Source: Seison nebaliae (lineage: Eukaryota). From it: 45,297 nt of DNA. The position numbers were made by a program, and so were the translations under genes. Positions within the stretch are counted from its first letter, which is position 1. Every line of letters begins with the position of its first letter. The stretch is taken from assembly GCA_023231475.1 (NCBI GenBank), contig JALJEE010000393.1, positions 1-45,297 of the forward strand, in the 5' to 3' direction. Positions 22,296 to 34,103 of this stretch are shown piece by piece. A model generated the notes under the pieces. That model did not search any database. It was not told where the DNA came from and saw nothing but the letters and a program-made list of their open reading frames with translations.

Positions 22296-24482
22296 TAATC
22301 ATTCAACTTGAATGATGATGGAATATGATGAGGGGGGAGGGGAGTCAATATTTGTCATTGATCGTGTTCTTATCTGGCCCGTTAATGTCCCTATATATCC
22401 ACCATCCAATATATTTATTTTTTCTTTTATTTTTCCAATACAAAAGTGACGTTTCTGATTGAAAAATAGAAGTTAAATCATTTGGTGTGAGAAGTGAATT
22501 GGAGGTGAATTGGAGATGATATTTCTTATATTAGTTCTTATCAAGATTACTTCTAAGCAGATGAGTCATTCCATAAATATTCTCCGCTCTCTATTTCATT
22601 CATCTCCTCCAATACATAAGGAAAATTTTGAAATTATATTTGCTGTAATTATATATCTTTGAATTTCCTCGAATGATTACGTAAGAATAAAAGAAGGAAA
22701 CTCTTCTTCCACTATTCCCAGAAGATGAAATATTTTTTGAAGTTCGTCAACCATCCAATTTTATTGTTCCATCAATTCATAGAAACAAATCCACATGTAG
22801 AGCTTTTTCGACATTATCATCCTTCGCTTCTCATTTCGCGACGACACTTTTCTATTGAGGAGGACACGAAGAGATTATATAAATTTCAAATCGATAAATT
22901 AGTCGTGAATGATTGATGTGTGAGTGGAAGAATGGAACTTTATAATAATCTCCGTCGAGTGGACGATAATCATAAGATCTTTCAGGATAAAGGTGACACT
23001 TGTTTCTCATCCGATATTTCTGAAATTTCTTTTCATAATAAACAATTTCTTATGAACAATTTCCTTTTCTTTTACTTCTTTAACTTATTATTGTCATCTA
23101 AATATATTCAAAACGAGTTGGATGAAAATCGTCATTTGTTGATTGAATTCATCGATGAACTTATTGCTTATTCATAGAACTCATTGGATTAATCTCATTC
23201 AAACTAATCTTAGTTAATTTGGTGCAAGAAAACAATTAAAAAGAAATTGCACAAGTAATTAAATCGATTCGTCGTCTTAGACGTGGATGTACTTCAGGGG
23301 AATGAAATGTTCCTTCATTCAATTGGACATGTATTTTTAGTAAATAAGCAACCGTAGATTCGATGTTGTTTTTTTAGGAGGTAGGTGATAATCCATTCAT
23401 TCCACTTATGTGCATTTAATTTATTGACCTCTTCTTACTTACATGAAGGAAGTCGGTGCGCATTTAGAATTATTGTTCATAATTAATAGTTTTATATGAA
23501 ATTTCTTCTGTCCATAATAATTTCCAATGACATATGCGTACTTACTACAAATGCGAATAGGAAATTTTTTCAAAAACTTTTTCTTCTTTCTCGTCTACCC
23601 TAAAGAATTCCCATTTATTCACAACTAATCATTCTCATTTTTTATGAAATAATTCCATTTTCATCGATATTCCTCATGGTGTTAATGATGATGAGGAAGA
23701 TGAATAAGAAATCTTTTTTTTTTCTTCTTCTTCCGTTTAATCTCTCTATAGGAAAGAGACAGATAGTGGAGGGAGATAAGTCTCACTTTCAGCACATCTT
23801 CACAAACGGAAAATGAACGAACATTTCTCCGTTAATGTCATGATCAAACGACGACAAATCAAATAGTGGAGAAATATTAATTTCATTCATTTTTTTCTCA
23901 ATTTCTTCAAGGAAGAAATTGAATTAGGAATTTGCGCGCTTTTTATTTTGGTTCATAATAAAAAAATTTGATTTCTTCCAACTGACTAGCGAACCGACTA
24001 GAACGAACGAAATTGATCTACATCATCTTAATAGAATTTCCTACCGTTCTCTACAATCTCTCCTATTTGCATAAAGGTAAATTAAATATTATTTTTGTCT
24101 TTGCACCTCTCTCCTATACCATTTCCTGTTTGCAGCTATTTATAATTGTTCATATGTTGATGGAGAATCATCACTTTAATTTTCCTGTCTCTTTTATGGG
24201 CATTGTAAAGAAATATAATTCCTATTCGTTTCCATAACACCATCCTTAATGAAATATCATTTGATTAATGGAAATTTTTCTTCTTTTTCAACATCGATTA
24301 ATTATCGAACAGTTTTCTCCTTCTAATCATTCTCCGAGAATGAGCGACTGTGCGAATATTGTTTGGAGGAGAACATATTTTAGGAAGTAAATTATCTTGA
24401 TTAAAATTATCTAGAAATCTTTCCATTCTTAGTCTTTCAAACGATTATCACATCAGTGGACAGACAGAACTACTCAAATCAC

Positions 24483-26061
24483 ATGGAATTAAATAAAATT
24501 GAATTATCTCACGAAGTTTCTTATTTAATTATTTATTATTAAATTATTATTCAAATTATTTTTCTTATCTTTTTCTTCTTTCATATCATAATAGTGTATG
24601 AAAAAGAACGAAGAATTCTCCAATCCTGATAGTGATAGTGTATTGGATGAGGAAGAATTGAGTACAGAAGAGGAAACAAGTAAGAAAGATGGAGATAGTG
24701 ATGATGCAGACAGTTTGCTCACCACTCATAATCAACAATTCCATAAGTTGAATCGATTCCATCAACTCACCGGACGGAATACAGAGAACGACAAGAAAAC
24801 TCTTCCATATATTTCGATAGAAGATGTGAAGGATGAGACGAAAAATAAGAAAAAACTCATCGGCGTCGATGGAATATGGTACGACGTGTCGTCATTCGCA
24901 CAACGACATCCTGGTGGGAATGTAATTGAAAAATTCATTAATGCCGATGCCACTTCCGTTTTCATGAGTATGCATGGTTCCATATCAGACGAATTGAAAT
25001 TCGTTCGTTCCGTCGGATGGTATCGTCGACCTATACGTCATACTGTGGATGTTGAAATTGAAAATTTAGTAATGTATTTCCGAGAGAATGGTTTCTTACA
25101 TACTAATCCTGAATATTACATAAAGAAAGTCTTGGTCATATTCGCCATGTTTTTCTCCTCATGGTTTTTCGTCGTTCAATTCCAACAAAATTATCTTTTC
25201 CAATTATTTGGTGCTGTCATTATGGCATTCTTTTTCCAACAATGTGGATTTATTATGCACGAATTCCATCACACACAAATATTTCGTCAGAAAAAATACG
25301 ATTGGATTTTTGGAGTGTTTTTTGGTGCTGGCGGTTTCGGCATTTCCAGTCACTGGTGGAAAGAAGAACATGACGTCCATCATTCTTTAACGAATGTCAT
25401 CGGTTTAAAAGAACGATTTGCTGATCCTCAAATGTGGGAGACATGTTTCGTTCAAAATGAGAAGATTTTCGGTTTGTTCAAAATCACCGATGCTTTCCAA
25501 CGACTATTAATCCGATATCAACATTGGCTTTTCGTCCCAATTGTGACATTTATTGGTCGATTCGAAATCGTCACCGATTCCTTCAAACGAGAACGACGTG
25601 TTAGTGAATGGATTGGTTGTATTGTTCATTGGACTTGGATGATTTATCTCTTATCATTTTTACCGTCTGTTAAATTAGCAATCGTATTTTATCTGGTAAT
25701 GGCATCGACTGAAGGAATTTTCCATTTTGAATTAATTTTGAGTCATTATGCCAAATCGTTCGCTTTCGTCGATAATCTGATTAATAATGATAGTTGGTAC
25801 GTTTTCCAGACTGCTTCTAATCTTAATTTGATTACATGGCGATTTATGGATTGGTTTTATGGTGGATTAAATTTCCATATCGAACATCATTTATTTCCAA
25901 AAATGGCACGAAACAAAATGAGAACTGCATCACCAATTATCAAAGAGGTGATGATGAAACATGGCGTTTATTATGAAGAAATGACTTTATGTGAATCACT
26001 TTGGTATACGTTAAAACATTTGAAAGAAAAAACGATTCTATTCTCGTTGGAAATCAGATAA
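24483..26061 (+). CDS. Cytochrome b5-fused front-end-type fatty acid/sphingolipid desaturase
   Basis: HPGG heme motif and His boxes HEFHH, HDVHH and HIEHH. Main exon 24595-26061. Probable first exon 24483-24515 (MELNKIELSHE), joined in frame by a GTT..AG intron at 24516-24594; otherwise the start is ATG 24598. Confidence 0.92.
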
Positions 26062-26542
26062 ATGGAAATTGATAAAATTTTACAAGAAAATATTTCAAAT
26101 AATTTATTTGTAAAAAAACGAAATTATCAATAATTCTTAAAATTAATTTTATTCCTTTCGTCCACAATTCTCTCCGAAAGGAATCCGTCCGGTAATCAAA
26201 TTTGGAATAACTTAAAAAAAATTGTTTTTTAATTTTTTAAACAAAAATAGAATTTCTCTCGGTCATGTGGAGAGAATATTCGATCAGTAATTATCCGTCG
26301 ACTAATCATTCATTTACTTACATCGTTTTCTTTCATTTTCCTATCATCATTCCTACAAACTTATTAATCTTATGTTTAACTTCAAATTAAACAAATAGTT
26401 AAATTTAGAAGAAAACTTTCGTCATGACTTTCACGAGATTTCCATGTTCATTTCGACTTGTTATCGGACTTTGTTCCGGATCATTCTTTCGATATATAAA
26501 TTCGAATAATATCAATCATTTACATTTCATTCTCTCTCAATC

Positions 26543-28303
26543 ATGTATTCGCTCATTCTGTTGTTGATTGTCGGTTTAACGGCTGCTATTCCATCACCCA
26601 CAAATGATGGTACTCATTGGGCTGTATTAGTTGCCGGTTCGAACGGCTGGTATAATTATCGTCATCAAGTTAACGATAAATTTGAATAGATTGATTTAAT
26701 TGATAATTCTAGGCTGATATTTGTCATTCATATCAAATTCTTCGAAATCATGGAATTCCTGATGAGAACATTATCGTTATGATGGATGATGATCTTGCAC
26801 ATAATCCTCAGTTCATTTCTCTCTTAAAACTTTCTCTTAATTTTTCTAAAAAGAAATCCTACACCTGGAATTGTTATTAATCATTTGAACGGTTCGGATG
26901 TTTATCATGGAGTTCTTAAAGATTACACTGGAGAAGTTTCATTTTCATCTTTTGAAATTGATGAAATGTAATTCGATTATTATTTCGTAGGAAGTAACAC
27001 CAGATAATTTCTTAAATGTCATTCAAGGAAATAAAGCAGCAATGCAAGGGAAAGGTAGTGGTCGAGTTATCGAAAGGTTTCTCTCCATTTCAACTATATT
27101 TAATTTCTCATAATTAGTGGTCCAAATGACAATATCTTCATTTATTTCGCTGATCATGGAGCGCCAGGATTAATCGCCTTTCCATACGGTGTGGCTAGTG
27201 ATATACTTTTAAATTATATTTGAAAATTTATTCAATCTAATTATCTAATAGTTATATGCAGGTGATTTGAATGATGCCATCAAAAATATGTATAAACAAA
27301 ATAAATATAAAAAAGTTGAAATTTAAAATTTATAATTATTAAAATAATAATTTTTCCCGACATTCAGATGGTATTTTACGTGGAAGCATGTGAATCTGGA
27401 TCTATGTTCGATAATCTTCTTGCTGATAACATAAACGGTTTTTTTCCTTCATCTATTTCAGTTTATATTCTTTCAGTTTATGCAACAACTGCTGCTAATG
27501 GACAAGAGAGTTCTTACGCTTGTTACTATGACGACTTGAGAAGTACGTATTTGGGTGATGTATACAGTGTCAAATGGATGGAAGATTCGGATATCGTTCA
27601 ATTATTTACGTGTAATTTTATTATCATTCATATTCTTTTAGGAATCATTGCAAATGGAAACTTTAAAGAAACAATACCAAATCGTCAAATCGAAAACAAC
27701 GACAAGTCATGTCATGCAATACGGTAACTTGACGATCGGGAAAACACATGTTGTGGGCGAATTTCAAGGTGAAGTTTCATCAATGAAAATTCAACAAAAA
27801 CTTCCGGAAGTTCAAATTTTCTCAAGATAATTTCCCATTTAAATTTCCAAATTTAGATTGTTGACGCTATCAAATCGGACGAAGTTGAATTGGCCACATT
27901 GTTCCGTAAATTCATTTCACCCAAATACGTCGATCAACATTCAGCAATCAAGAAGGAGATTTATGAATATTTACACGTTAATATCATTTTAAATCGATCA
28001 TAACGATATTTTTAACCTTGGGGAAAATAGAATGAAAAAGTAATTGATTCTACCATCGAAATGATTGCGTCTCATCTCTCACGAAGAATCGAACACCGAG
28101 TGGCTTTAGTGAACGAGAAGAGCGTCTTGAATAAAAATACGAAATGCTACAAGAATTTGGTGAATTTCTTCCATGAGAATTGTCACAATTTGAACGAGAA
28201 TTCTTATGCTTTACGTAAATTGCGATTTTTTGTCAACATTTGTGAAATGGATTTGACAACGGAACGACGGGCAATTCATGCAATGAAGAAAACTTGTCAA
28301 TAA
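26543..28303 (+). CDS. LGMN: Legumain / asparaginyl endopeptidase (peptidase C13), 11 exons
   Basis: Exons 26543-26668, 26713-26810, 26854-26935, 26991-27076, 27118-27193, 27252-27314, 27368-27437, 27477-27595, 27642-27809, 27857-27976, 28031-28303. Signal peptide; [20 protein letters not shown]; catalytic DHG and [29 protein letters not shown]-terminal prodomain cysteines. Confidence 0.97.
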
Positions 28304-29083
28304 CATTCGAAAATTTTTATTTTTTCTAACTCTTTTTTTTTCACAAAAACAAATTTTTATTTTTTGAAATTTCTTAAATTCTTCACTTTTCTTCTTTAGC
28401 AACAGTTCTCTTTCATACTATTCCGAACTAAACTTCTAAATAATGTGAATAAAAAAAAAATCAATAGATAACTCACAATACTTGTCAGACATCGTCCACA
28501 TACAATTGAAATCTGTTTACTGTATCATATGAAGAAGGCGTGTACATAAAGGAATGAGAGTGACAACAGATCATTTGAATGTTTATCGAATGATTAATTA
28601 AAAATTATATAAATAGTTAAATTCTCATGTATTGATGAATTGAAATGTTCGTTTCAGTTTATATATATAGAGAGACAAATTTACATAAGGACAACAACAT
28701 TTCGGAATGTACGTCTCCCTATCTTTACGACACATATAATGAAGTGAGGAAGTAGTTAGAAACATTTACAGTTTTCGATACGTACATGATAAGAAATATT
28801 TTTAATCGTTTCTCTTTCGTTAATTTCAAATTAATAGATAATAGATAATAATTAAAATTTAAATTCATTTCGATTTAACTTCTTTCACCAAAACAACCAA
28901 ATGACATTGTATTCATTTCCTTTCCATTAAAAAAGAAACAATCTAATTGTTTTATGTTATTTTTAACAGAATAAGTCGAACCGTTATTTTGACTGTTAGT
29001 GATAGGAATTGTTACAAATAAATTCGAATTTTTTTCAATTATTAGATTTTGTTTAGACAGTTAAATTGTTGAAGAATGTTCTC

Positions 29084-29109
29084 AATTAATTAATTAATTA
29101 ATTAATTAA
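29084..29109. repeat. (AATT)n microsatellite
   Basis: About 6 tandem AATT units, self-complementary. Confidence 0.8.
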
Positions 29110-29894
29110 CTAGATAATTAGTGTATGTGAATAATAATGTGATTGAATGATTTGAAGATATTTCGAAATTATTTTACCTTAGAGATGGCATTGAAATGAA
29201 ATGTATAAATATTTCTTTGGAAGATAATTAATAATAATTTTTACACCATCTGTGTAACAGACATAGAGGGAAATAGGTTCGATTCATCAGATATCATTGA
29301 CGACCTTTGCGTAGTTGTTGAATTTGGTGGGTAAAATATAAGGAAATATGTTTGCACAGAAATAAATGATGAATAATGTCCGATAAGAATCACATTGACT
29401 ACACATTCTGTCACGTAATTTCTCTACCCGTAATGAAATGAGAAATAAATTTTTTGTATGTTTTATTATTGTGCAGTGTTAGAGACAATAAAAATTTATT
29501 GTGCCAATTTCAAATATTTCTTATCATTTCTTTTGTACGGGTTAAAGTTTGGGTAATTTCGAACGGTAATATTGAAATCATATTAATGATTTTAAAATCA
29601 TCATTTTCTAAAGTGATCGCAGATTCTTCAACTTTATCATTTCATCACTTCAACAATCTACTTGACTCAACTGTACTCCATCAAACCGAACGACATGAAG
29701 AACAAACAATTGTAAATTAATTTTCTTATTTACATAGTAATCGCTACGTATGATAATTAGTAGAAGAGGAAACTTGGAAAGAACGACAAGAAAAGAATAA
29801 GAACATTCCATCATTATCAATTACTTCAAATTACTCTCTTTTAAATTTCTTCTTTAAAATCCACGGAAAAAGAAAACGGTTTATGAAGTGAAGC

Positions 29895-31080
29895 ATGTTA
29901 ATGTTACGTTATATTTATTCGACGTTCTATCGTCGGAAACGTTTATCATGTTTTCTCACATTCATCGTCTTATGTCTGATAACACACTTGGTTATTTTCC
30001 CGTTGTCAATGGGCTATTACGATGCACCATGCTACATGACAATGACACAGAACAAACATTTGAAATGTTCACTCATGCAACTCGTCCTCACATTATTTAG
30101 TGTCAATCAAATATTTTGGATTGATTACGGTGTACTTTTAGGTTCCTAATTTTTCCTTCTTATTTTTTGAATTTTTAAAAATTTTTATATTTTATTTTGA
30201 ATTATTAGGATATTGGCGAATTGGCAATTTCCTACCACATGATGGTGATTTGGATATTAGTCGTTTGAGATATGAATCGGATGCTTTCGAGAATGAATTT
30301 CTTAAATATCTCCATTCGTCGATGAATGAGAAACCGATGGAATGTCGAGGTCATGACACCAAATTAGATTGTGGAGATATCAGTGTCGATCTGTATCAAT
30401 GGATGGTATTTGATAAGTCCCCGAATGAGGTCAATAAAATCAAACGAGCTTATTACAATCCTTCAGTTCTGATGTTAGTGCAGAAAGAGAAAATGAGAAA
30501 TCTGTCCGTGCAAAGTAATCAGATTTCATTGATTGATCAATATCTAATGGAAAATTTGACCAAAACTCCGTCCGAAGAATATTTGTATGTGGAACAATCG
30601 AAATATTTGAGTAAGGACGGAATTATTTCACGAATGTTAGATATGGTGAGTTGGAGGAAGAATTTAGTATTGTCCCGATATCATTCTCAAGAAAAACGGA
30701 AAACTTTCGAACATCGATATCTTAGTCGATTTCTTGTACAGTCACATGAAGTCGATCGGATTTTACCAATCAAATGGTTTACTGTTCATCAATTGAAAGA
30801 AATGGCGAAAAACCATCAAACTTTCGATACGACCAAATCCCAAATCGACATGTTACCTGGAGCTTCCATTGAACATGTTCGTCGATATTTTCATAATCTG
30901 ACATTATCCACCTTCTCTCGTCAGACGTGTACCGATGAATTGATCGAAAATTTATGGGACAGTTTTTATTTACCAGTTCCGAGTAAAACTTTGAAAATTA
31001 TTCAATTGACATATCCATATTCATGGTTTGTTAAGATGCCATATAAATGGAAATGTTACTTTTCATCCGGACCGTCCTGA
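29895..31080 (+). CDS. LicD/fukutin-related nucleotidyltransferase-fold protein, type II membrane
   Basis: Exons 29895-30141 and 30209-31080. Splicing rebuilds WIDYGVLLG|YWRIGNFLPHDGDLDI, matching the LicD motif W..xGTLLG..R....PWDxDxD. N-terminal RRKR followed by a TM anchor. Confidence 0.85.
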
Positions 31081-31412
31081 TTTCCAACATATTTTTATAT
31101 TTTCAAATATTTTACCAAATTCTATTTATTAAATCATAACCATCAAATATTTGTACAAAAGAATAAAATTTTTTTCATAAATAATTTCAACAAAATTTTT
31201 TCGGTAATTTGAGAAGAGAAAAATATCTAATTATTTCCGGAGAAAAATGTCGATTAAATAATGACGTCTGGAAGGAAAAGTTCCAGTAAAAATTAATCGT
31301 CAATCGTCCATAAGAAATTGTTATGTAATCAGAATGTTCGGACTGAGAACGATCGTGTTTGTTCATATTATAAATGTTCGTTACTTATCATAAATTCTTG
31401 AAAAAGTTCAAT

Positions 31413-31796
31413 ATGAATCTGTATCTTATTCTCTTCTCCTCAATTATGTTCATCGTCGTTCATGGCGGTGGTGATCGTTAAATTATATTTCATTTTAATT
31501 TAATTTTTTTAACAATTTAATTTATTTTAGTTCGATGTCTCAATACGATCGATCCGGGACCATGTTCTCATTCTGTTACACGATGGGCATGGGATGATGC
31601 ATCAAGTGAATGCATTCGATTTATTTATGGAGGATGTCGTGGAAATGGAAATAATTTCAATTCTAAAGAATCGTGTCACAATAACTGTTGTGAATGGGGA
31701 AGTTTGAATTGAATTATTTGAATGTTTTAATTATTTCAATTAATAATTTGTTGATTTGTAGGAAGTTTATTTGGTGGGTGTCAACCTTATAAATAA
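31413..31796 (+). CDS. Small secreted Kunitz/BPTI-type protease inhibitor
   Basis: Exons 31413-31476, 31531-31701, 31762-31796. Signal peptide, then CLNTIDPGPCSHSVTRWAWDDASSECIRFIYGGCRGNGNNFNSKESCHNNC. Absent from the ORF track. Confidence 0.93.
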
Positions 31797-32327
31797 ACGG
31801 AATGAATATTTCATAAATTTATTCTTCAATTTTTCTTTTCAATTTTTTTCCACAACTAAATAAAATTGATTTTTCTCCTTCAACTAATTTGGTGAGATTA
31901 ATTTCTTTACGTATACCTCATCAGAATGGATAACACATGTCAATTAGTTGATGAAATGAAAAAAAGAGGTAAGAAATATTGCATTTGAAAATTGGGAGTT
32001 AAATTTTAAAAATATTTAAATAATTTTTTTTATTAACCTTAAATTTTGAAAATGAAAATATTAGAATTTTATACCAAAATGAACATATGAGAGATTTATC
32101 GAATTTATTAATCAAAGGGCAATTGTGTTATTATTTTGATAAAGGAGACTTGAGTAAGATTGAGGCAAAGTTCGAAATTTTATTGTGATGAGTGGTGATT
32201 AATCGGAAAGAATATAAATGTGACTTCTTCTCCCAAACATTTCTTCTTGATATCTAACATTGTCAAATTTTTTTAATTCCACATTTTTGTTCGTCCAGAT
32301 TCTCAGTTCTCTTGCCACGACGTGACT

Positions 32328-34103
32328 ATGAATTTAATGATACTTTATTCGTTTTCTTTATTGGTTCTTATTCAGGTTCATCCTTTTTCTTTTTATTTGT
32401 TTAAATTTCTCTATTCTTCTTTCAGATCGTCGTGACTGTTGGAAATTCTCTTTTTTTAATTTTTAATCCAAATTATCTTTCTTCAGGATAATGCAACGAC
32501 TACAACTAAAGAGACGACGGTTATTTCTACCACTTCCATAAGTAGCACTATTTCAAAAACTTCCACTACTGATAAAACTACTACACTTTCATCTACATCC
32601 ACATCTTCTTCCACCACTTCCACAATTTCCACCTCCACAATTTCCACCTCCACAATTTCCACTTCCCCAATTTCCACTTCCCCAATTTCCACCTCCACAA
32701 TTTCCACAATTGAATCTACCACATCTTCTTCCACCACTTCCACAATTTCCACAATTGAATCTACCACATCTCCTACACCGACACCTACACCTGGACCCAC
32801 CTCCACATCAGAGAAAACTAGTACAACAACTGAAATAGTAACTAGCACAGAAGAAATAACGGTATTAGAGAACATTTCAAAAAGAACTAATAAAAAATCA
32901 GCTACAAACAATTTATAGGAATTACTTCATTAATTTGCTATTCGATTAAGTTCATTATATTTATACAATCAATTCTATTATTTCTGATTATTTTCAAATT
33001 CTATTCAAATTTTTTTACAAATAATTTTTTATTTGAAATTTTAAATTTAGACGACAACAACTGAAGTGCCAGTCACAACCACAATTCCGCCCATTCCCGA
33101 AAGACGGGAAGTTGTCAAATTCTCGTTACCGAGATTCAATAAGACACATGCTTGTATGTTTGGAGAGATGGCATTGGTGTTCAAGATTCCTTATCAAAAG
33201 AAAGTTCTTAAATTTTAAAATTCGGAGAAATTCTTAAAAATTTTTTTTTTAAAATTATAGTTAGAAAATGGTGATGTGATAATTGCGGTAACGGAGATCA
33301 ATTCGACTAAAGAAGATTACGAATGTAGTGGAGCGTGTAGTCCAATCTCACAGGAATTGGAACTGGCATTCTACAGAAATGATGTTAGGATCTCTTTCTT
33401 CTTTGAGAAGAAGATGAAAGATGAATATTTGAGTAATGTCACTTTGGACTACAATTTGAGGAATGATCGTTTATTTCCCAACGCCGTTCATAACAACAGT
33501 TTCCTTTAATTTTCTTTTCTGCGATTGTATGGCACAATATTTTCCCTTTGAAAACTATCAGGCCGAATGGTAGCGAATGCATACAATTTGAAAAGAGATA
33601 AGAAAGTTGATGGGAGTTCTTATTTGTGTCGAACTGGCGAATCGGTAGAACTTCAATCGAATTCTGAACAAATCAAGCAGAATATTACTGTAGTGTATGA
33701 TGATTTACATTATGAAACATTTGCTGATGGATCACTTCCATATAGATATGGAGCAGGTTCAAGATCGTTCTTTCCTCCGTCTATTTTACTATCACCATCT
33801 CATCTTCTCAACTAATTGTATTATTTATTTATGTACGTTCTCTCAGTCAATGCCTATTCCAAACGGCATAGACATTTTCCAACATTTATCATTCATCTTT
33901 TGTTTCTTTTTCGTGGAAGATTGGATCATTAATTCTTTTCTATTTCTTTCCAAACAATAGCTATTGAATGTGAAGGTGATCAGAAGGTATCGAACGAGAT
34001 TCCAATTATTGTTGGCGTCTGCTTAGCTGTATTAATCATTGTTGTATTCGCCGCCTATATGATTGGGAAGCGGAAGCGAACTCAATACGACAACATTGAC
34101 TAA
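32328..34103 (+). CDS. Lysosome-associated membrane glycoprotein (mucin-like S/T region plus a single LAMP domain; LAMP/CD68-like)
   Basis: Exons 32328-32375, 32426-32437, 32487-32861, 33051-33203, 33261-33498, 33562-33756, 33961-34103. Signal peptide; S/T tract; GSSYLC; ECEGD..IPIIVGVCLAVLIIVVFAAYMIGKRKRTQYDNID (LAMP TM plus Yxx-phi). Confidence 0.88.
32600..32770 (+). repeat. Coding tandem repeats in the LAMP mucin tract (15-bp TCCACCTCCACAATT unit = STSTI, plus a longer duplicated block)
   Basis: Direct repeats visible in the sequence. Confidence 0.8.

Noticed and set aside
32483..32911. 142-aa Val/Glu-rich minus-strand ORF
   Set aside because: Antisense shadow of the Ser/Thr repeat exon of the LAMP gene.
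33847..33932. Possible alternative LAMP terminal exon after the CAG at 33846, as in LAMP2 isoforms
   Set aside because: It would lack the last LAMP cysteine, a full TM segment and a sorting motif. No support without transcripts.
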